A stretch of DNA of 64,000 nt from an uncultured Lentisphaerota bacterium (GCA_903872565.1 CAIQLG010000287.1:4936-68935), one strand, 5' to 3'; shown: positions 27,917 through 38,715, counted from the first letter of the stretch. A program made the numbers and translations. The notes: generated from the sequence alone by a model not told the origin.

Positions 27917-28504
27917 TTATGCCTCTCCCTTCTTCGTAGCTTTCCATTTTTTAAAAAGGATTATAATGAACCAAAAGCATTCCCCTATGAATGCAACTAA
28001 TATCAGAGCAAACCCAAGTACAATCCTGGGAATAAACTGCATGAATTCCATTCCGCAAAATATCCTATGTGGCTGGAGAGTTATCAGATCATAATTTTTA
28101 TCTCTGAGATTAGCCTCGTATTTGAGCTCAATCATCCTTCCTGATTTTTCATCAAATTTGTTGTCATCAGGACCAATGTAGAAAATATTTTGATTGCTGT
28201 TTATCCTTACTTGATCCCATTTCAATTGATTCCAATTTCCTTTTTCCTTTACATAAAGACGTATTTTATTTTCTTGGAAAAGCGATAAAGCAGACTGGGT
28301 TTTCAAATCAAGATATACACCATTCGTATCTTCATAATTATCGTATATTGACAGATAGGCACTTGTTTGAGGATCTATTATGATATCGGCCATCCCGCTT
28401 TGAATTCTTGCAGTCATTTCCCCCTGTTTGAATTTCACATTTATTAAAATAAAGATGCCGGTGATCACCATGCACCATTTGATAATATTAAGTATAATTT
28501 TCAT
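27917..28504 (-). CDS. Hypothetical protein with N- and C-terminal transmembrane segments
   Basis: 195-aa ORF with hydrophobic stretches at both ends. No family recognised. Confidence 0.45.
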   Translation of the reverse strand: MKIILNIIKWCMVITGIFILINVKFKQGEMTARIQSGMADIIIDPQTSAYLSIYDNYEDTNGVYLDLKTQSALSLFQENKIRLYVKEKGNWNQLKWDQVRINSNQNIFYIGPDDNKFDEKSGRMIELKYEANLRDKNYDLITLQPHRIFCGMEFMQFIPRIVLGFALILVAFIGECFWFIIILFKKWKATKKGEA

Positions 28505-28820
28505 CTTTAAAACAAATAGTTTATTGGTTTCAAGCAGTCGGACAAAACATCAAATAATCAAACGCCAATTTCTGTCTGAACAAATTTATCTTCTTTTTTT
28601 AATCTAAGTTTGTTTTTCCCATATTCCAGGAGGGAATCCCAAATTTCAATTCCGCTTCGTTCAGATTTTCTTGCGGAAGACACATACAGCGAACTGGGCA
28701 TTCTCTAATGCTTCCACGCTTTGCATAACAACGGATCAGAAAATCTGAAATTGAAATTCCACAAAATAGTGATAGAATAGCTTAAATTTAAATTTGTATC
28801 CTGGTGGAGATTATTAAAAT

Positions 28821-29687
28821 ATGAAAAAGATACTGTTTCTTGTCATGTTTTGCATGTTGTCCGTCCGGCTTTGCGCCGGAACAGTCACTGGAGTCGTAAC
28901 ATCAGTCGCATTGAATGTCAGACTGAAGCCTAATCTTGAAAAAAACAACAGTGTTGTCGCGACGCTCAAGAAGGGGAACGAAATCCGTGTTATCAAGGAG
29001 GTTGAAGGCTGGTGCGAGATAGAAATTCCCGAGTCGGCTGCCGTATGGGTCCATGGGGATTATCTGAAGGACAATGTCGTACAGAAAGAGATAAAACTGA
29101 GATCCGGGCCAGGGGTGGCGTATGCTCCCTATGCAATTACCGCGAAATCTGGGCAAAAAATTGAAGTCCTCAGAAAGTGCAGTGACAACTGGGTGAAGAT
29201 AAAACCGCCCCAGGGGCTGACAGCCTGGGTATCCTCGGAGTTTGTGAAGCTTCCGGAGGCTGACAAGAGTTTGCCTAAACCCGAGGAAAAAAAAGAAGGT
29301 GACAAGAGTTCAGCCAAGGTCGAAGAGAAAAAAGAAGCCGACAGCGCGGCCAAGCCTGCGGAAAAAAATGCCGAACCCAGTTCCGACAAACCTGTGGAAG
29401 CCAAAACGGACAAGGAAAAGGAGCCGGCTACGGAAGTAAAAAGCAGTTCTGTCACGAAAGAGGGGTTCATTGTTCCTGTAACATCGGATATGGAGACGGT
29501 GACCCATGCTCTGGCCTCGAAAGAAAAGGACAAATATGTTCCTATCTGCTATCTTCGCAGTTCCAAGTTAAACCTCAAGAACTGGCAGGACAACAAGGAA
29601 AAAGTGAAGATTACAGGATATGAAAGCACTATTCCAGGTTGGAAATATCCTATTGTTGATGTTGAAACAGTCGCTCCGCTCCGTTGA
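28821..29687 (+). CDS. Secreted protein with two bacterial SH3-like repeats and a K/E/A-rich linker
   Basis: Signal peptide. LNVRLKPN...GNEIRVIKEVEGWCEIEI and IKLRSGPG...GQKIEVLRKCSDNWVKI resemble SH3b repeats. Confidence 0.6.
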   Translation: MKKILFLVMFCMLSVRLCAGTVTGVVTSVALNVRLKPNLEKNNSVVATLKKGNEIRVIKEVEGWCEIEIPESAAVWVHGDYLKDNVVQKEIKLRSGPGVAYAPYAITAKSGQKIEVLRKCSDNWVKIKPPQGLTAWVSSEFVKLPEADKSLPKPEEKKEGDKSSAKVEEKKEADSAAKPAEKNAEPSSDKPVEAKTDKEKEPATEVKSSSVTKEGFIVPVTSDMETVTHALASKEKDKYVPICYLRSSKLNLKNWQDNKEKVKITGYESTIPGWKYPIVDVETVAPLR

Positions 29688-29759
29688 GTTTGAAAGTTCT
29701 ACTTGGCCGATGTACATTGCAAAATCAATTAACCCTAAATCGGAAGTGAAAAAAATAAT

Positions 29760-30848
29760 ATGAATAAATTGTCATTGCTTCTTTTTGCGGCCGCACTGCT
29801 TTTTATTGTGCAGGGCTGTTCGACGGTCAGGGATTACGAGACACCGAGAAATGCCCTCAGAGCCAAAGGCATCTCCTTCACTGTCAAAGAGTTCATGATG
29901 GCGGCCACTGAAGGTAAAAATGATGTCCTCGAACTATTTCTGGACGGGGGTATGGACATCAATACGCTCGACGACGGGACAGTCCTTACAGCAGCCGTTG
30001 TCGGGAACAAGAAGGAAACCGTTGATTTTGTTCTTAAAAAGGGAGCTGACCCCAACTTGTCGTCCTACAGAGGTTCACCTCTCTTTCTCGCGTCGAAAAT
30101 GGGCTTCTATGATGTGGCACTGAGGCTTGTCCAGGAAGGTGCCGAACCTGAATATGCAAAAAATGACGGATCCACTCCGCTTTCAGAGGCTGTCAGGAAC
30201 AACTATCTAGAAGTTGCCGAACTTCTAATAAAGGCAGGGGCGGATCCCGAGTTGGGCGATTCCATGTTCAAAAGGACTTCGGTATTCCTAGCCGCAGCCA
30301 ACGGAAATGCCGAAATGATTGAAATACTATGCGATAACGGGGCGGATCCCAAGGAAGCGGACATATACGGAACAACGCCACTTGACAGTGCGGTCGTGAA
30401 CGGAGGGAAAGAGGCGGTTTCGCTTCTCCTCGAAAAAGGGGCTGCGCTGACTGAAGACGGAAATGCATCGAAGGCTGTGCTCGATGTATGTTCCCGTAAA
30501 AATTTGGAACTGCTCAAATTGTTCATTGAAAAGGGATTGAATGTCAATTGCCTTGCCCCATTGAAGATTCCCCTTCTTTCATGGTGCATCAAGAATGGAT
30601 ATTACGATTCGGCTAAAATACTGTTGAATTCCGGCGCGGATCTGCAACTCGAAGATGCGCAGGGTGAACTGCCACTTGACTATGCCATGAATTCCGACCC
30701 CGAATTTCTGGCATATTTCAAAAGTGCGGCTGGCAAATCCATTCCGCCCACCACGGGAAAACCCAATGAAAGTGCTGTCAACCAAGCCACGGAAAAGCCC
30801 ATCATTCCTGCTGATGAAGTGAAAACTGAAGTTCCTAAATCTCCATAA
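29760..30848 (+). CDS. Ankyrin-repeat lipoprotein
   Basis: LLFIVQGC lipobox. Repeated G.TPL..A......E....LL..GADPN units. Confidence 0.8.
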   Translation: MNKLSLLLFAAALLFIVQGCSTVRDYETPRNALRAKGISFTVKEFMMAATEGKNDVLELFLDGGMDINTLDDGTVLTAAVVGNKKETVDFVLKKGADPNLSSYRGSPLFLASKMGFYDVALRLVQEGAEPEYAKNDGSTPLSEAVRNNYLEVAELLIKAGADPELGDSMFKRTSVFLAAANGNAEMIEILCDNGADPKEADIYGTTPLDSAVVNGGKEAVSLLLEKGAALTEDGNASKAVLDVCSRKNLELLKLFIEKGLNVNCLAPLKIPLLSWCIKNGYYDSAKILLNSGADLQLEDAQGELPLDYAMNSDPEFLAYFKSAAGKSIPPTTGKPNESAVNQATEKPIIPADEVKTEVPKSP

Positions 30849-30994
30849 AAAGCAACATACCACATTGTGTGTGGAACCTTTGGAATTTGAACGGGCCAGC
30901 GACTGGATTTGTTGTAGCCACATGATGGCCGTCTACGCCCCCGACATCCGCTTTTGTTTCAAAATAAAGAATTTGGAAAAAGTAAAATTCTATT

Positions 30995-31732
30995 ATGAGA
31001 AAAATGCAAAAAGATTCTGTTAAACTATTTGTCCTTAACATCGGCAACACGAACACCGGATATGGAGTCTGGACAGACGGTGTTTTTTCAGGCATCGCCA
31101 AAATCCCCACATCACGGATAGGAGAACTCGAAATCCCCTCCGGAATTCCTTTGGCGGGATCATCCGTTGTCCCGGAAGCCTCAAAAAAACTATCCGGCAG
31201 AAATATTTTCTGGCTGAACCCCGAAATGAACAGCGGAATAGATTTCTCCGGTGCCGACATCTCGAACATGGGTGCGGACAGGCTTGCTAACCTTGTCGCA
31301 GCTGCGAATTTCGCAGAACCGCCGCCTTTGATCGTTGCGGATTTCGGAACCGCAATCACCATTGATTTTTTAGACAGGGGGTGGATATTCATGGGAGGGG
31401 TTATTCTGCCCGGAAGAACAATGGCAAGAAAAGCCCTCACTCAGCAGACGGCTAAAATTCCGACTGTTCCTCTTCTTGAAAACATCGAACCGTTCGGAAA
31501 AAACACTGAAGAAGCCGTTTCTTTCGGAACCGACATCATGATAACGGGAGGAGTAAAGGAAATAATTGGCAGAATGATTGACAAAGTCGGATATGGCAAA
31601 GCAGATGTCCGCATTATAGGCGTCGGCGGAGACGCGGAGTTCTTCCTAAGTCAGATTCCGGAATTGACTTTTGGTGGAGATGAGTTTACATTAGCCGGAA
31701 TTGCAAAAGCTTGGGAGATTAGTCGTCTATGA
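30995..31732 (+). CDS. coaX: Type III pantothenate kinase
   Basis: LNIGNTNTGYGVW, VADFGTAITIDF, GGVILPG. Confidence 0.85.
   Translation: MRKMQKDSVKLFVLNIGNTNTGYGVWTDGVFSGIAKIPTSRIGELEIPSGIPLAGSSVVPEASKKLSGRNIFWLNPEMNSGIDFSGADISNMGADRLANLVAAANFAEPPPLIVADFGTAITIDFLDRGWIFMGGVILPGRTMARKALTQQTAKIPTVPLLENIEPFGKNTEEAVSFGTDIMITGGVKEIIGRMIDKVGYGKADVRIIGVGGDAEFFLSQIPELTFGGDEFTLAGIAKAWEISRL
31302..31316. repeat. 15-bp palindrome CTGCGAATTTCGCAG, perfect
   Basis: Read directly. Lies inside coaX. Confidence 0.9.
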
Positions 31733-32406
31733 AAGTGAAAATCTGCGGAATCAAAAGCGTTGAGGATCTTAAAATAGCCTTGGAGGCTGGTGCCGATGCG
31801 ATGGGATTTCTGGTCGGTCAACTTCACGCCTCCACCGATTTTGTCCTTCCAAGCACAGCTTCGAGGCTCACATCGGGACTGCCTCCATACACCTCCCCGG
31901 TCATCGTGACCCATCTCATTGATGCCGATGAAATCTTTGACATAGTGAAAAAAACTTCCATCTCAACCGTCCAAATGCACGGAGGATCTCCACTCAAAGA
32001 GGTCAAAAAACTAAGGAAACTTATGTCTCCGGACAGCAAAATTATTTTGGCGGTGCATATAGTCTATGACAGGCCCGAGCTGGACTACGAGGAGTTCTAT
32101 CCGTTCATAGATGCGATTTTACTCGATAGTTTCAACAAGAACACAGGGCAGGTAGGTGGTACTGGGAAAACTCACAACTGGGACAAGAGCGCGGAAGTTG
32201 TAAAAAGTTGCAAGGTTCCTGTGATTTTAGCCGGAGGGTTGACCCCTGAAAATGTCGCTGAAGCCATAGAAAAAGTGAAACCGTTCGGGGTTGACGCTAA
32301 TAGCGGGCTCAAGAATGAGGACGGCTCAAGATCTGCGGAGCTCTGCAGAAAATTCGTGATAAATGCTAAAACCGCATTCCTCAAGGTAAAAATTCAGATA
32401 CCCTGA
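31729..32406 (+). CDS. trpF: Phosphoribosylanthranilate isomerase
   Basis: MKVKICGIKSVEDLKIALEAGADAMGF, ...ILAGGLTPENV. ATGA overlap with coaX. Confidence 0.85.
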   Translation: MKVKICGIKSVEDLKIALEAGADAMGFLVGQLHASTDFVLPSTASRLTSGLPPYTSPVIVTHLIDADEIFDIVKKTSISTVQMHGGSPLKEVKKLRKLMSPDSKIILAVHIVYDRPELDYEEFYPFIDAILLDSFNKNTGQVGGTGKTHNWDKSAEVVKSCKVPVILAGGLTPENVAEAIEKVKPFGVDANSGLKNEDGSRSAELCRKFVINAKTAFLKVKIQIP

Positions 32407-32426
32407 TCCATGAAAATTATATAATG

Positions 32427-32529
32427 TGTCAGTTTTTATTGGTGGAGGGCCACGCTCCGTTGTGGCCATAACGGACGCGACCCTTCTACGCCAAACGAGC
32501 TACGCAGGGCAGGCAGCGCGCGTCCCTCC
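32427..32529. repeat. GGAGGG...CCCTCC structured repeat, long copy
   Basis: TGTCAGTTT leader, GGAGGGCCACGCTCCGTTGTGGCC ... GCGCGTCCCTCC. Same ends and first hairpin as 56161-56231, with an insert of about 30 nt. Confidence 0.6.
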
Positions 32530-32565
32530 AAAAAAGGCATTTGCCGAAAAAGACGCATTACGAAA

Positions 32566-33588
32566 TTATCTCAGACGATCCGGCGGGGTGGATGGTCGTT
32601 CTATAACTGTGGCGGTAAGGTACATGTCGAGGAGGTTCGTGTTGTTGTCTTCCCCAATGAAATTAGGTCCGAAGAAACTGCTGTAGAAATCGTTTTTACC
32701 CTTCACTATTCCTCCGATGTTTATCTTGAACCCACTTTTCACAGTAACCCTTGTTGATACCGATTCGACTCTGACGGCCTGTTTTTTCCCTTTTCCATCG
32801 AGATAACTGACAACCGGGAATACCTCCACATCTATGAGGCCGTCACCGAGATATTTCGGAAGGATGTAGAGGTAAGCTCCAACATTCGTCCATACGAAGT
32901 CCGGAGTTTCTCCAGGAATGATTACTGTGGAATTCTTATTGTTAATGATTACGAGAGGCCGGAACTTGTAGTTGTTTAGCCAGGAGGGATCCACTATTGT
33001 TTTTCCGGCCCAGATGCTGGCTGGCCGGCCACTACGCGTCACGATGAACTGGGTGGTGTTGCTTGAACCTCTCGTGGAGTTGTCAAAGGCGCGGACCGTT
33101 ACACTTTTAGGCTTCATAACCTTGCCGTCCCTGATTATTAACTGGTTCTCCTGTCCGTTGCCATATGACACTTTCCCCCCGAGCCCTGAGCTTCCTCCTC
33201 CGGATACGCCCTGATATGATACTTCGACCTTGATGTTCACATTGCTGTAGTCGGGAATCTGTGCGGTGGCGCTTTCAATGAACTCCCTTATTTTCGCGGC
33301 ATTTTTCTTGTAATCGAAGACTACTACGCATTCTTTTTCTGGCATATACCCCATGGTTCCAGTTTTGGAAAGCATTGGAGTACAGAACTCCTTGATGGTA
33401 TCGTAGCTGATCACCCCGATTGGAATGAATTCCGAAACCTGCGGATTGTCGGCATCGTACGTTACAACTACAGCCTTCTTTTTCTGTTCTGCAGGTTTTT
33501 CATCCGTAGTGGCGGTAGTTTCCTCCGCAGATATCAGATATGAGAACAGAAATAACAAAACCAATGTCCCAAATGCAAGATTTTTCAT
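32566..33588 (-). CDS. Secreted protein, function unknown
   Basis: Signal peptide MKNLAFGTLVLLFLFSYLISAEE. ATG at 33588 with a purine-rich RBS. No confident family. Confidence 0.5.
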   Translation of the reverse strand: MKNLAFGTLVLLFLFSYLISAEETTATTDEKPAEQKKKAVVVTYDADNPQVSEFIPIGVISYDTIKEFCTPMLSKTGTMGYMPEKECVVVFDYKKNAAKIREFIESATAQIPDYSNVNIKVEVSYQGVSGGGSSGLGGKVSYGNGQENQLIIRDGKVMKPKSVTVRAFDNSTRGSSNTTQFIVTRSGRPASIWAGKTIVDPSWLNNYKFRPLVIINNKNSTVIIPGETPDFVWTNVGAYLYILPKYLGDGLIDVEVFPVVSYLDGKGKKQAVRVESVSTRVTVKSGFKINIGGIVKGKNDFYSSFFGPNFIGEDNNTNLLDMYLTATVIERPSTPPDRLR

Positions 33589-33719
33589 TTTTCCCTCTGA
33601 CAGCAAATATTCATTAGAATTTCGATATTAGAATTTCGGGTTTGGGGCGAAGCCCTCCTTAGGTTAGTATATCATTCCCTACAGGTATTTCAAAATTAAA
33701 TTATGGATTCTATCTAACT

Positions 33720-35264
33720 CTATTTCTTCAACTTGTAGAGGGCAACTGCATTTTCAATTCCGATCTTCCGCGCCAAATCGGGAGGAAGTGCATTTAGAAA
33801 TTTCGGAATAATCTCACGTGTTGCCGGAATTTTGCTGGTAAGTGTTGACATCATTCCCTGCCCCTGGAAATTGGCCGATGGGATGAAATTATCGCTGCCA
33901 ATTACAAAACGTGTCGGAAAATCCTGGAACAGGCTCAGCCATTCGGGTCTGATTTGGCCGTCCCGTGTCATAGGAAAATTTTCAGGAAAATGTCCCGGCC
34001 CCAATCTCAAGCTCATATAGAGATTGGAATATTTTTCCAGGAGTCTGCGGCTCAAATCAGTTGTCCAGTGCCCTATATTGTCAGAACCGGCATGAGCCCA
34101 GCATATCTTGGCATTCGGATTGTGTGCCAGAAGTCGTTCAAATGCGGCCAGGTTGGCCTGAAGGATCTTAGGATTGTTGGGAGATGTGAGATAGCCTGGA
34201 ATCGGAATGTCTTTAGAGACGACATCGAAATGAACATCTATCGGAACATCATGTTTGGCGGCAGTGTCAGCGAGAAGAAGAAGAAGAGGATGATCGGCGG
34301 GAACACTCTCATAGGGATGATCTTCCCCATGGAGCGACAGATGGTGGATAGCAATTTCTCCAAATCCTATGGCTCCGGAACGCAGAATCTCCTTGGCTGT
34401 CTGTTCAAACTGGTGCTTAATACTGTCTGGTATCCGTGTCTGCGATTCAGTCTGGTGAAGCATGATGTTCAGCGATTCGCCCCCACCCATAAAGGCAAAC
34501 CGCGCCGAGTTTTTCTTGACTGCCGCCGAAAGCTGGCTTAAATCATCATTTACTGCCGTTTTATCAGGAACTCCAGGAGGCGGCATAACAATCATCTTTT
34601 GGATGCCTATTTGATCCATTATCTCCAGTGCGGCCTTAGTGGCTCCCGCATAATCATGCTGACGACCACCGACCAAATGGTTATGGACATCAATCCATTT
34701 AACCTCACCTGAAGACGTGGTCTTTCCAGCCGGGGATGTGCTCTTCTCTTGAGTCTTGGACTGACCCGCTGATTTTTCGCCATTTGCGTTTGGAGTTTCC
34801 GGTCCCATGCCTCGCCCCATGCCGGCCCCCATGCTTTTCATCAGCCTGATCAACAGTTGTTCCTGCTGAGCCTTGTACTGATTTTCAGACAGACTCCGAA
34901 CATCGTCCAATATTATCCCAACCTCTTCAATTGCAGATGGAATTGCTTCGGGATTGTTTGTGTTCTGCTGTTCCATGCGGGACTGTATTCTGGAGAGCAT
35001 CTTTTTTTTCATCAAAGTCCATTCATCGTCGGATGCCGAGCGGGCATCTGAAAGCAATTGCGTCATACGCCCTCTAATATCCTGCTGTCCACCTCCCATT
35101 TCACCGCTTTGCCCACCTTTGCCATCACCCTGCCCTCCCATCCGGCCTCCCTGTTTTCCCTTGCCGCCACCTTGTCCACCGTTAAACTGGCTTTGGCTGT
35201 ACATAAAGGAAAAACAGGCAAGCATTAGCAGAGCCACAATCGATATTTTGCAGAGCTTGTTCAT
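33720..35264 (-). CDS. Secreted amidohydrolase-superfamily (TIM-barrel metal hydrolase) protein with a G/Q/K-rich N-terminal region
   Basis: WIDVHNHLVGG metal-binding HxH-type motif. Signal peptide. GGQGGGKGKQGGRMGGQGDGKGGQ low-complexity tract. Confidence 0.6.
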   Translation of the reverse strand: MNKLCKISIVALLMLACFSFMYSQSQFNGGQGGGKGKQGGRMGGQGDGKGGQSGEMGGGQQDIRGRMTQLLSDARSASDDEWTLMKKKMLSRIQSRMEQQNTNNPEAIPSAIEEVGIILDDVRSLSENQYKAQQEQLLIRLMKSMGAGMGRGMGPETPNANGEKSAGQSKTQEKSTSPAGKTTSSGEVKWIDVHNHLVGGRQHDYAGATKAALEIMDQIGIQKMIVMPPPGVPDKTAVNDDLSQLSAAVKKNSARFAFMGGGESLNIMLHQTESQTRIPDSIKHQFEQTAKEILRSGAIGFGEIAIHHLSLHGEDHPYESVPADHPLLLLLADTAAKHDVPIDVHFDVVSKDIPIPGYLTSPNNPKILQANLAAFERLLAHNPNAKICWAHAGSDNIGHWTTDLSRRLLEKYSNLYMSLRLGPGHFPENFPMTRDGQIRPEWLSLFQDFPTRFVIGSDNFIPSANFQGQGMMSTLTSKIPATREIIPKFLNALPPDLARKIGIENAVALYKLKK

Positions 35265-35398
35265 ACTGATAACTTTCGGAAATTTCTCAGCCTCAAAACA
35301 CCCAGCTTAATGGTTACATTCTGTTTGAATTATAGCCAAATACATTAGGTATGACACTGTTTGTCTCGTTTGTCGTTCGTTCATCGGTGGACGAATCT

Positions 35399-35908
35399 TC
35401 ATATGTCTGAATAGTCTTCTGTTGCGCCTGGTTTTCTGGAGAAGGCGACTCTTCCGGTCCTGGCTATTTCTATTATTCCGAATTCGTTCATCAGGTTTAT
35501 GAAATCTTCCAGTTTCGCGGCTCTGCCAGCAAGTTCTATGCCGAGTTCATCCTTGTGGACGAGAATGATTTTACCCCCGAATATTTCGGTTATCTGTATT
35601 ATGTCGCCCCGAGTTTTAGAGGTAGTCTTTATCTTCATCAGGATTACTTCGCGTTCGATGAACTCGCTTCCGGTCAGGTCTGTTACCTTTATAACGTCAA
35701 TCAGCTTGTTGAGCTGCTTGTCAATCTGTTCTATAATGGAGTCATCGCCGCGGGTCACAATTGTCATCTTGGATATTTTCGGGTCGTGGGTTGTATTGAC
35801 GGAGAGAGACTCGATGTTGTATCCGCGTCCGCTGAAAAGCCCTGCGACTCTCGCAAGAACACCGAATTTGTTTTCGACCAGAACTGAAATTGTATGTGTC
35901 TGCTGCAT
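35399..35908 (-). CDS. ilvH: Acetolactate synthase small (regulatory, ACT-domain) subunit
   Basis: HTISVLVENKFGVLARVAGLFSGRGYNIESLSV. Confidence 0.85.
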   Translation of the reverse strand: MQQTHTISVLVENKFGVLARVAGLFSGRGYNIESLSVNTTHDPKISKMTIVTRGDDSIIEQIDKQLNKLIDVIKVTDLTGSEFIEREVILMKIKTTSKTRGDIIQITEIFGGKIILVHKDELGIELAGRAAKLEDFINLMNEFGIIEIARTGRVAFSRKPGATEDYSDI

Positions 35909-36064
35909 TTTTGATTCCTTTTCGGCTTAAATATTAAATCCCGTTCCATTATTCTAATTCCCACATGGTCCCTTTTCAAGGATAGACTTGTGAATATCAG
36001 GATGAGTGAGTGCGATTTGATCCATCTTTAGAAAAAGAGATTTTGTTTGAAGGGGTATCCCAAT

Positions 36065-36112
36065 GGAGGGTCGAGTTCTACTCGACCACGGTCGAATAGA
36101 ATTCGACCCTCC
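36065..36112. repeat. GGAGGG...CCCTCC structured element (outer stem enclosing two hairpins)
   Basis: GGAGGGTCGA / TCGACCCTCC forms the 10-bp outer stem. The inner hairpins are GTCGAG-ttcta-CTCGAC and GGTCGAAT-aga-ATTCGACC. Confidence 0.55.
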
Positions 36113-36155
36113 AAGTGAAGAAAAATTGGATTCAGCAGTAATTTTTCACAACTCT

Positions 36156-37241
36156 TTATTCCTTTCCTTCTTCTGTTGGATATTCCGTGTCTGCCCCTCG
36201 GCCTGTCCCTCGAAGCCATAAAGGCAAAGCGGGAAGCTCAAAGAGCGAAGTGGGGTTCTGTATTGGACATTCATTCAAGAAAACCTGGAATTCCCCGCTT
36301 ATCTCCGTCTCCAAAATTTTTATTCCGCTGATTTTCCCGTCTTCCACAATCATTTCTAATATAATTCCTTTCATGGCTTCAGGATTCCAGTCCTGATCGA
36401 AAAGAAAATTCCCGAGCCCATAAGCTATGAATCCATCCTTGTATCTTTCCGTTGGCTGGATTTGATGGCTGTGATGACCAATCACGAGCGAAGCTCCCGC
36501 ATCTATGAATTTTCTCGCAATCATTTCTTGTCTTTCATCCTGGATTTTGCTGTATTCTCTGCCGAAATGCAGGTTAACTATTACTATTTCTCCGTTTTGC
36601 ACGGCATTTCTCAGCAATTTTGACGCTCTTTCATCCTCGCAGTCGGCGACAAGTGAGTTTTTCCTTTCGATTCCCCATTTGTCATATCCGATGTCGTTGA
36701 ATGCGAAAATCGCAAATTTACAGCTATTTTTTGTAAATATGACAGGATTGAAAGCCTTTTCAGGCTCCATTGCGGCCCCTGTATGCTGAATACCCGTTTT
36801 ATCAAGATCTTTCAAAGTGTCTTGAAGGCCTTTTCCCCCATAGTCGAGAATATGATTGTTCGCAATCCCTAGCGCGTTGAACCCGGCATATTCGAGTCCC
36901 AAAACGGATTCCGGCGGAAGCTTTAACCATATTTTCTTGTCCTTGCCTGATGTTTTGTCCTCGTTTTTCGTCAAAGCACCCTCGAGGTTCCCAAAAACAA
37001 AATCACAGGATTTGAAATAATTCCTGACCTTCAGGAATGGCCAGTTCCAGTCATTCTTGGTGCGACAGATCTCCTCAACTTTTCTTCCCGTCATTATGTC
37101 GCCGGTGAATACGAGTTTGACCCTTCCGGATTCCGCAGAATTTTTCTCGGGCACCGCACAGCCGGAAAAAAGCGGAACGAGAAGAAAAATCAAGAGGTAT
37201 TTTTCCCAGCCGCCTGAAATAATATTTTTTTTCTTGTTCAT
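36156..37241 (-). CDS. CapA-family (poly-gamma-glutamate capsule synthesis-like metallophosphatase) lipoprotein
   Basis: LVPLFSGC lipobox, FTGDIMTGR, IANNHILDYG, IGHHSH. I prefer the ATG at 37241. Confidence 0.75.
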   Translation of the reverse strand: MNKKKNIISGGWEKYLLIFLLVPLFSGCAVPEKNSAESGRVKLVFTGDIMTGRKVEEICRTKNDWNWPFLKVRNYFKSCDFVFGNLEGALTKNEDKTSGKDKKIWLKLPPESVLGLEYAGFNALGIANNHILDYGGKGLQDTLKDLDKTGIQHTGAAMEPEKAFNPVIFTKNSCKFAIFAFNDIGYDKWGIERKNSLVADCEDERASKLLRNAVQNGEIVIVNLHFGREYSKIQDERQEMIARKFIDAGASLVIGHHSHQIQPTERYKDGFIAYGLGNFLFDQDWNPEAMKGIILEMIVEDGKISGIKILETEISGEFQVFLNECPIQNPTSLFELPALPLWLRGTGRGADTEYPTEEGKE

Positions 37242-37788
37242 AAATTGAACCCGCAGCAGCGGAAACTTAATACCATATTTCTTCCCGCTAAACACGCCAA
37301 ATGCGCGAAAATACAAATTCCTAATATGAAATTAGGACTGGATACGAATACAATAAACTGGGATAAAAATCAAATTTTGCGAATTCCACAGATAACGTAT
37401 TACAATAACTTATCAATAACGATAATTTAATAGAGCCGATTGCAAAAGTCGAATTTTAAAGGAGCGCGGGTTTTCCTACCCGCAAAAATTGAACTCAAAT
37501 GGCAGACTGGAAAGTCCACCCTCCGTTAGTTTTTCATCGGCTCGAGGGTATTTTGCAATTATCTCAATAGTATGAAATGGGAAGATCTTCTAATTAATTA
37601 CGGTCGGGAGTGAGCCAGTTTTCCCCTCGGTACGAATTCCAATGGGACAAGGTTCAGGCCTACTTACTTCCATTTCTCGAACGCCAACAGGATCTGAGCC
37701 TGGTCACGCTTGACAACTGCATTAAATTAATCTCGGAAAAGCAGTAACTGTATCGGGGAAAGTCAATTCAGATCCTCGATCAGGGCAT

Positions 37789-38448
37789 TCACTTTTTCTC
37801 TTCGTTTTTATCAGACGATGGGGGAGATGTCGGCTTTTCCGTGTCAAGCCTTTTTTTACATTCCAGCAGCATTTCATTAACTTCTTTTATGTAAATATAA
37901 TCCTTATATTTTTCGGTAATGACTTTAAATATATTAAAGGCGGAAAGATAACTTTTTTTTGCGATATCCTTGTCGTCAGTTTTTTTTGCAATAGACAAAT
38001 ATACTCGCCCATGAAGGAATCTTACCTTGGCTCCAATTTCTTCACCAGACACTTTTGCGTCTGGATAATGTTCATCTAATTCTTTTAAATAATCTTGCAC
38101 ATTTACATCCAAGATTTTCAGAGCTTCATCATAATCCTCCATGATGTAGTGTGCCCGAGCTTCTTCCGTTGCATAAAGAAGAGGAAGATAATCTTTTTGA
38201 CTTGCCCAGTCGAGTTCCCGGAAGCGCGGCATTATTGATTTTATTAATTCCATCCATCCTTCCTCATTTTTCTTTTTCATCAATTCCGCTTTATTCAAAG
38301 TATCTACTATGTCTGAAATCAGGTAATTGTGAATACGAAACTGTTTTACAAATGTTGGATCATCATAATCATTAGACTGGCAATCGAATGATAAAATAAT
38401 TACAGATAATAATATTGGGAACCAAAATGCAAGTTGCTTTATATTCAT
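37789..38448 (-). CDS. Hypothetical exported helical protein
   Basis: ORF with an N-terminal hydrophobic segment starting from the ATG at 38448. No family recognised. Confidence 0.45.
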   Translation of the reverse strand: MNIKQLAFWFPILLSVIILSFDCQSNDYDDPTFVKQFRIHNYLISDIVDTLNKAELMKKKNEEGWMELIKSIMPRFRELDWASQKDYLPLLYATEEARAHYIMEDYDEALKILDVNVQDYLKELDEHYPDAKVSGEEIGAKVRFLHGRVYLSIAKKTDDKDIAKKSYLSAFNIFKVITEKYKDYIYIKEVNEMLLECKKRLDTEKPTSPPSSDKNEEKK

Positions 38449-38715
38449 TATTTTCCTATCTCCCTTATCTCTTTTTTCCCGTCCTGCCAGACTTGTTCCC
38501 AAACAACAAAATCTTCTATCCCTGGCACATCTCCGTGAAGATCCTCAACGCAAACCGGACATGTAACAAAAGTCATATTTACCTTTCGTACCACATACGA
38601 CATTCCATTAGTGTCTGTCCATATTACCCTAAATTCCATCTTTCTACGATAAACAACTCAAAAAAACTTAGAAACGGGTGTATGGTACAAGTTCGCATTA
38701 TGTAATAGGCCATAT

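Noticed and set aside
36065-36112. Cloverleaf-like element as a tRNA or tRNA-like gene
   Set aside because: It is only 48 nt long with two inner hairpins. It has no T-loop or D-loop consensus, no anticodon loop of 7 nt and no acceptor overhang.
37572-37747. Broken reading frame (MKWEDLLINYGRE-stop, continuing in another frame as ...SPRYEFQWDKVQAYLLPFLERQQDLSLVTLDNCIKLISEKQ) that might be a decayed gene
   Set aside because: I recognise no family, the two pieces are short, and the 470-bp intergenic region is otherwise repeat-like. The support is insufficient to call a pseudogene.
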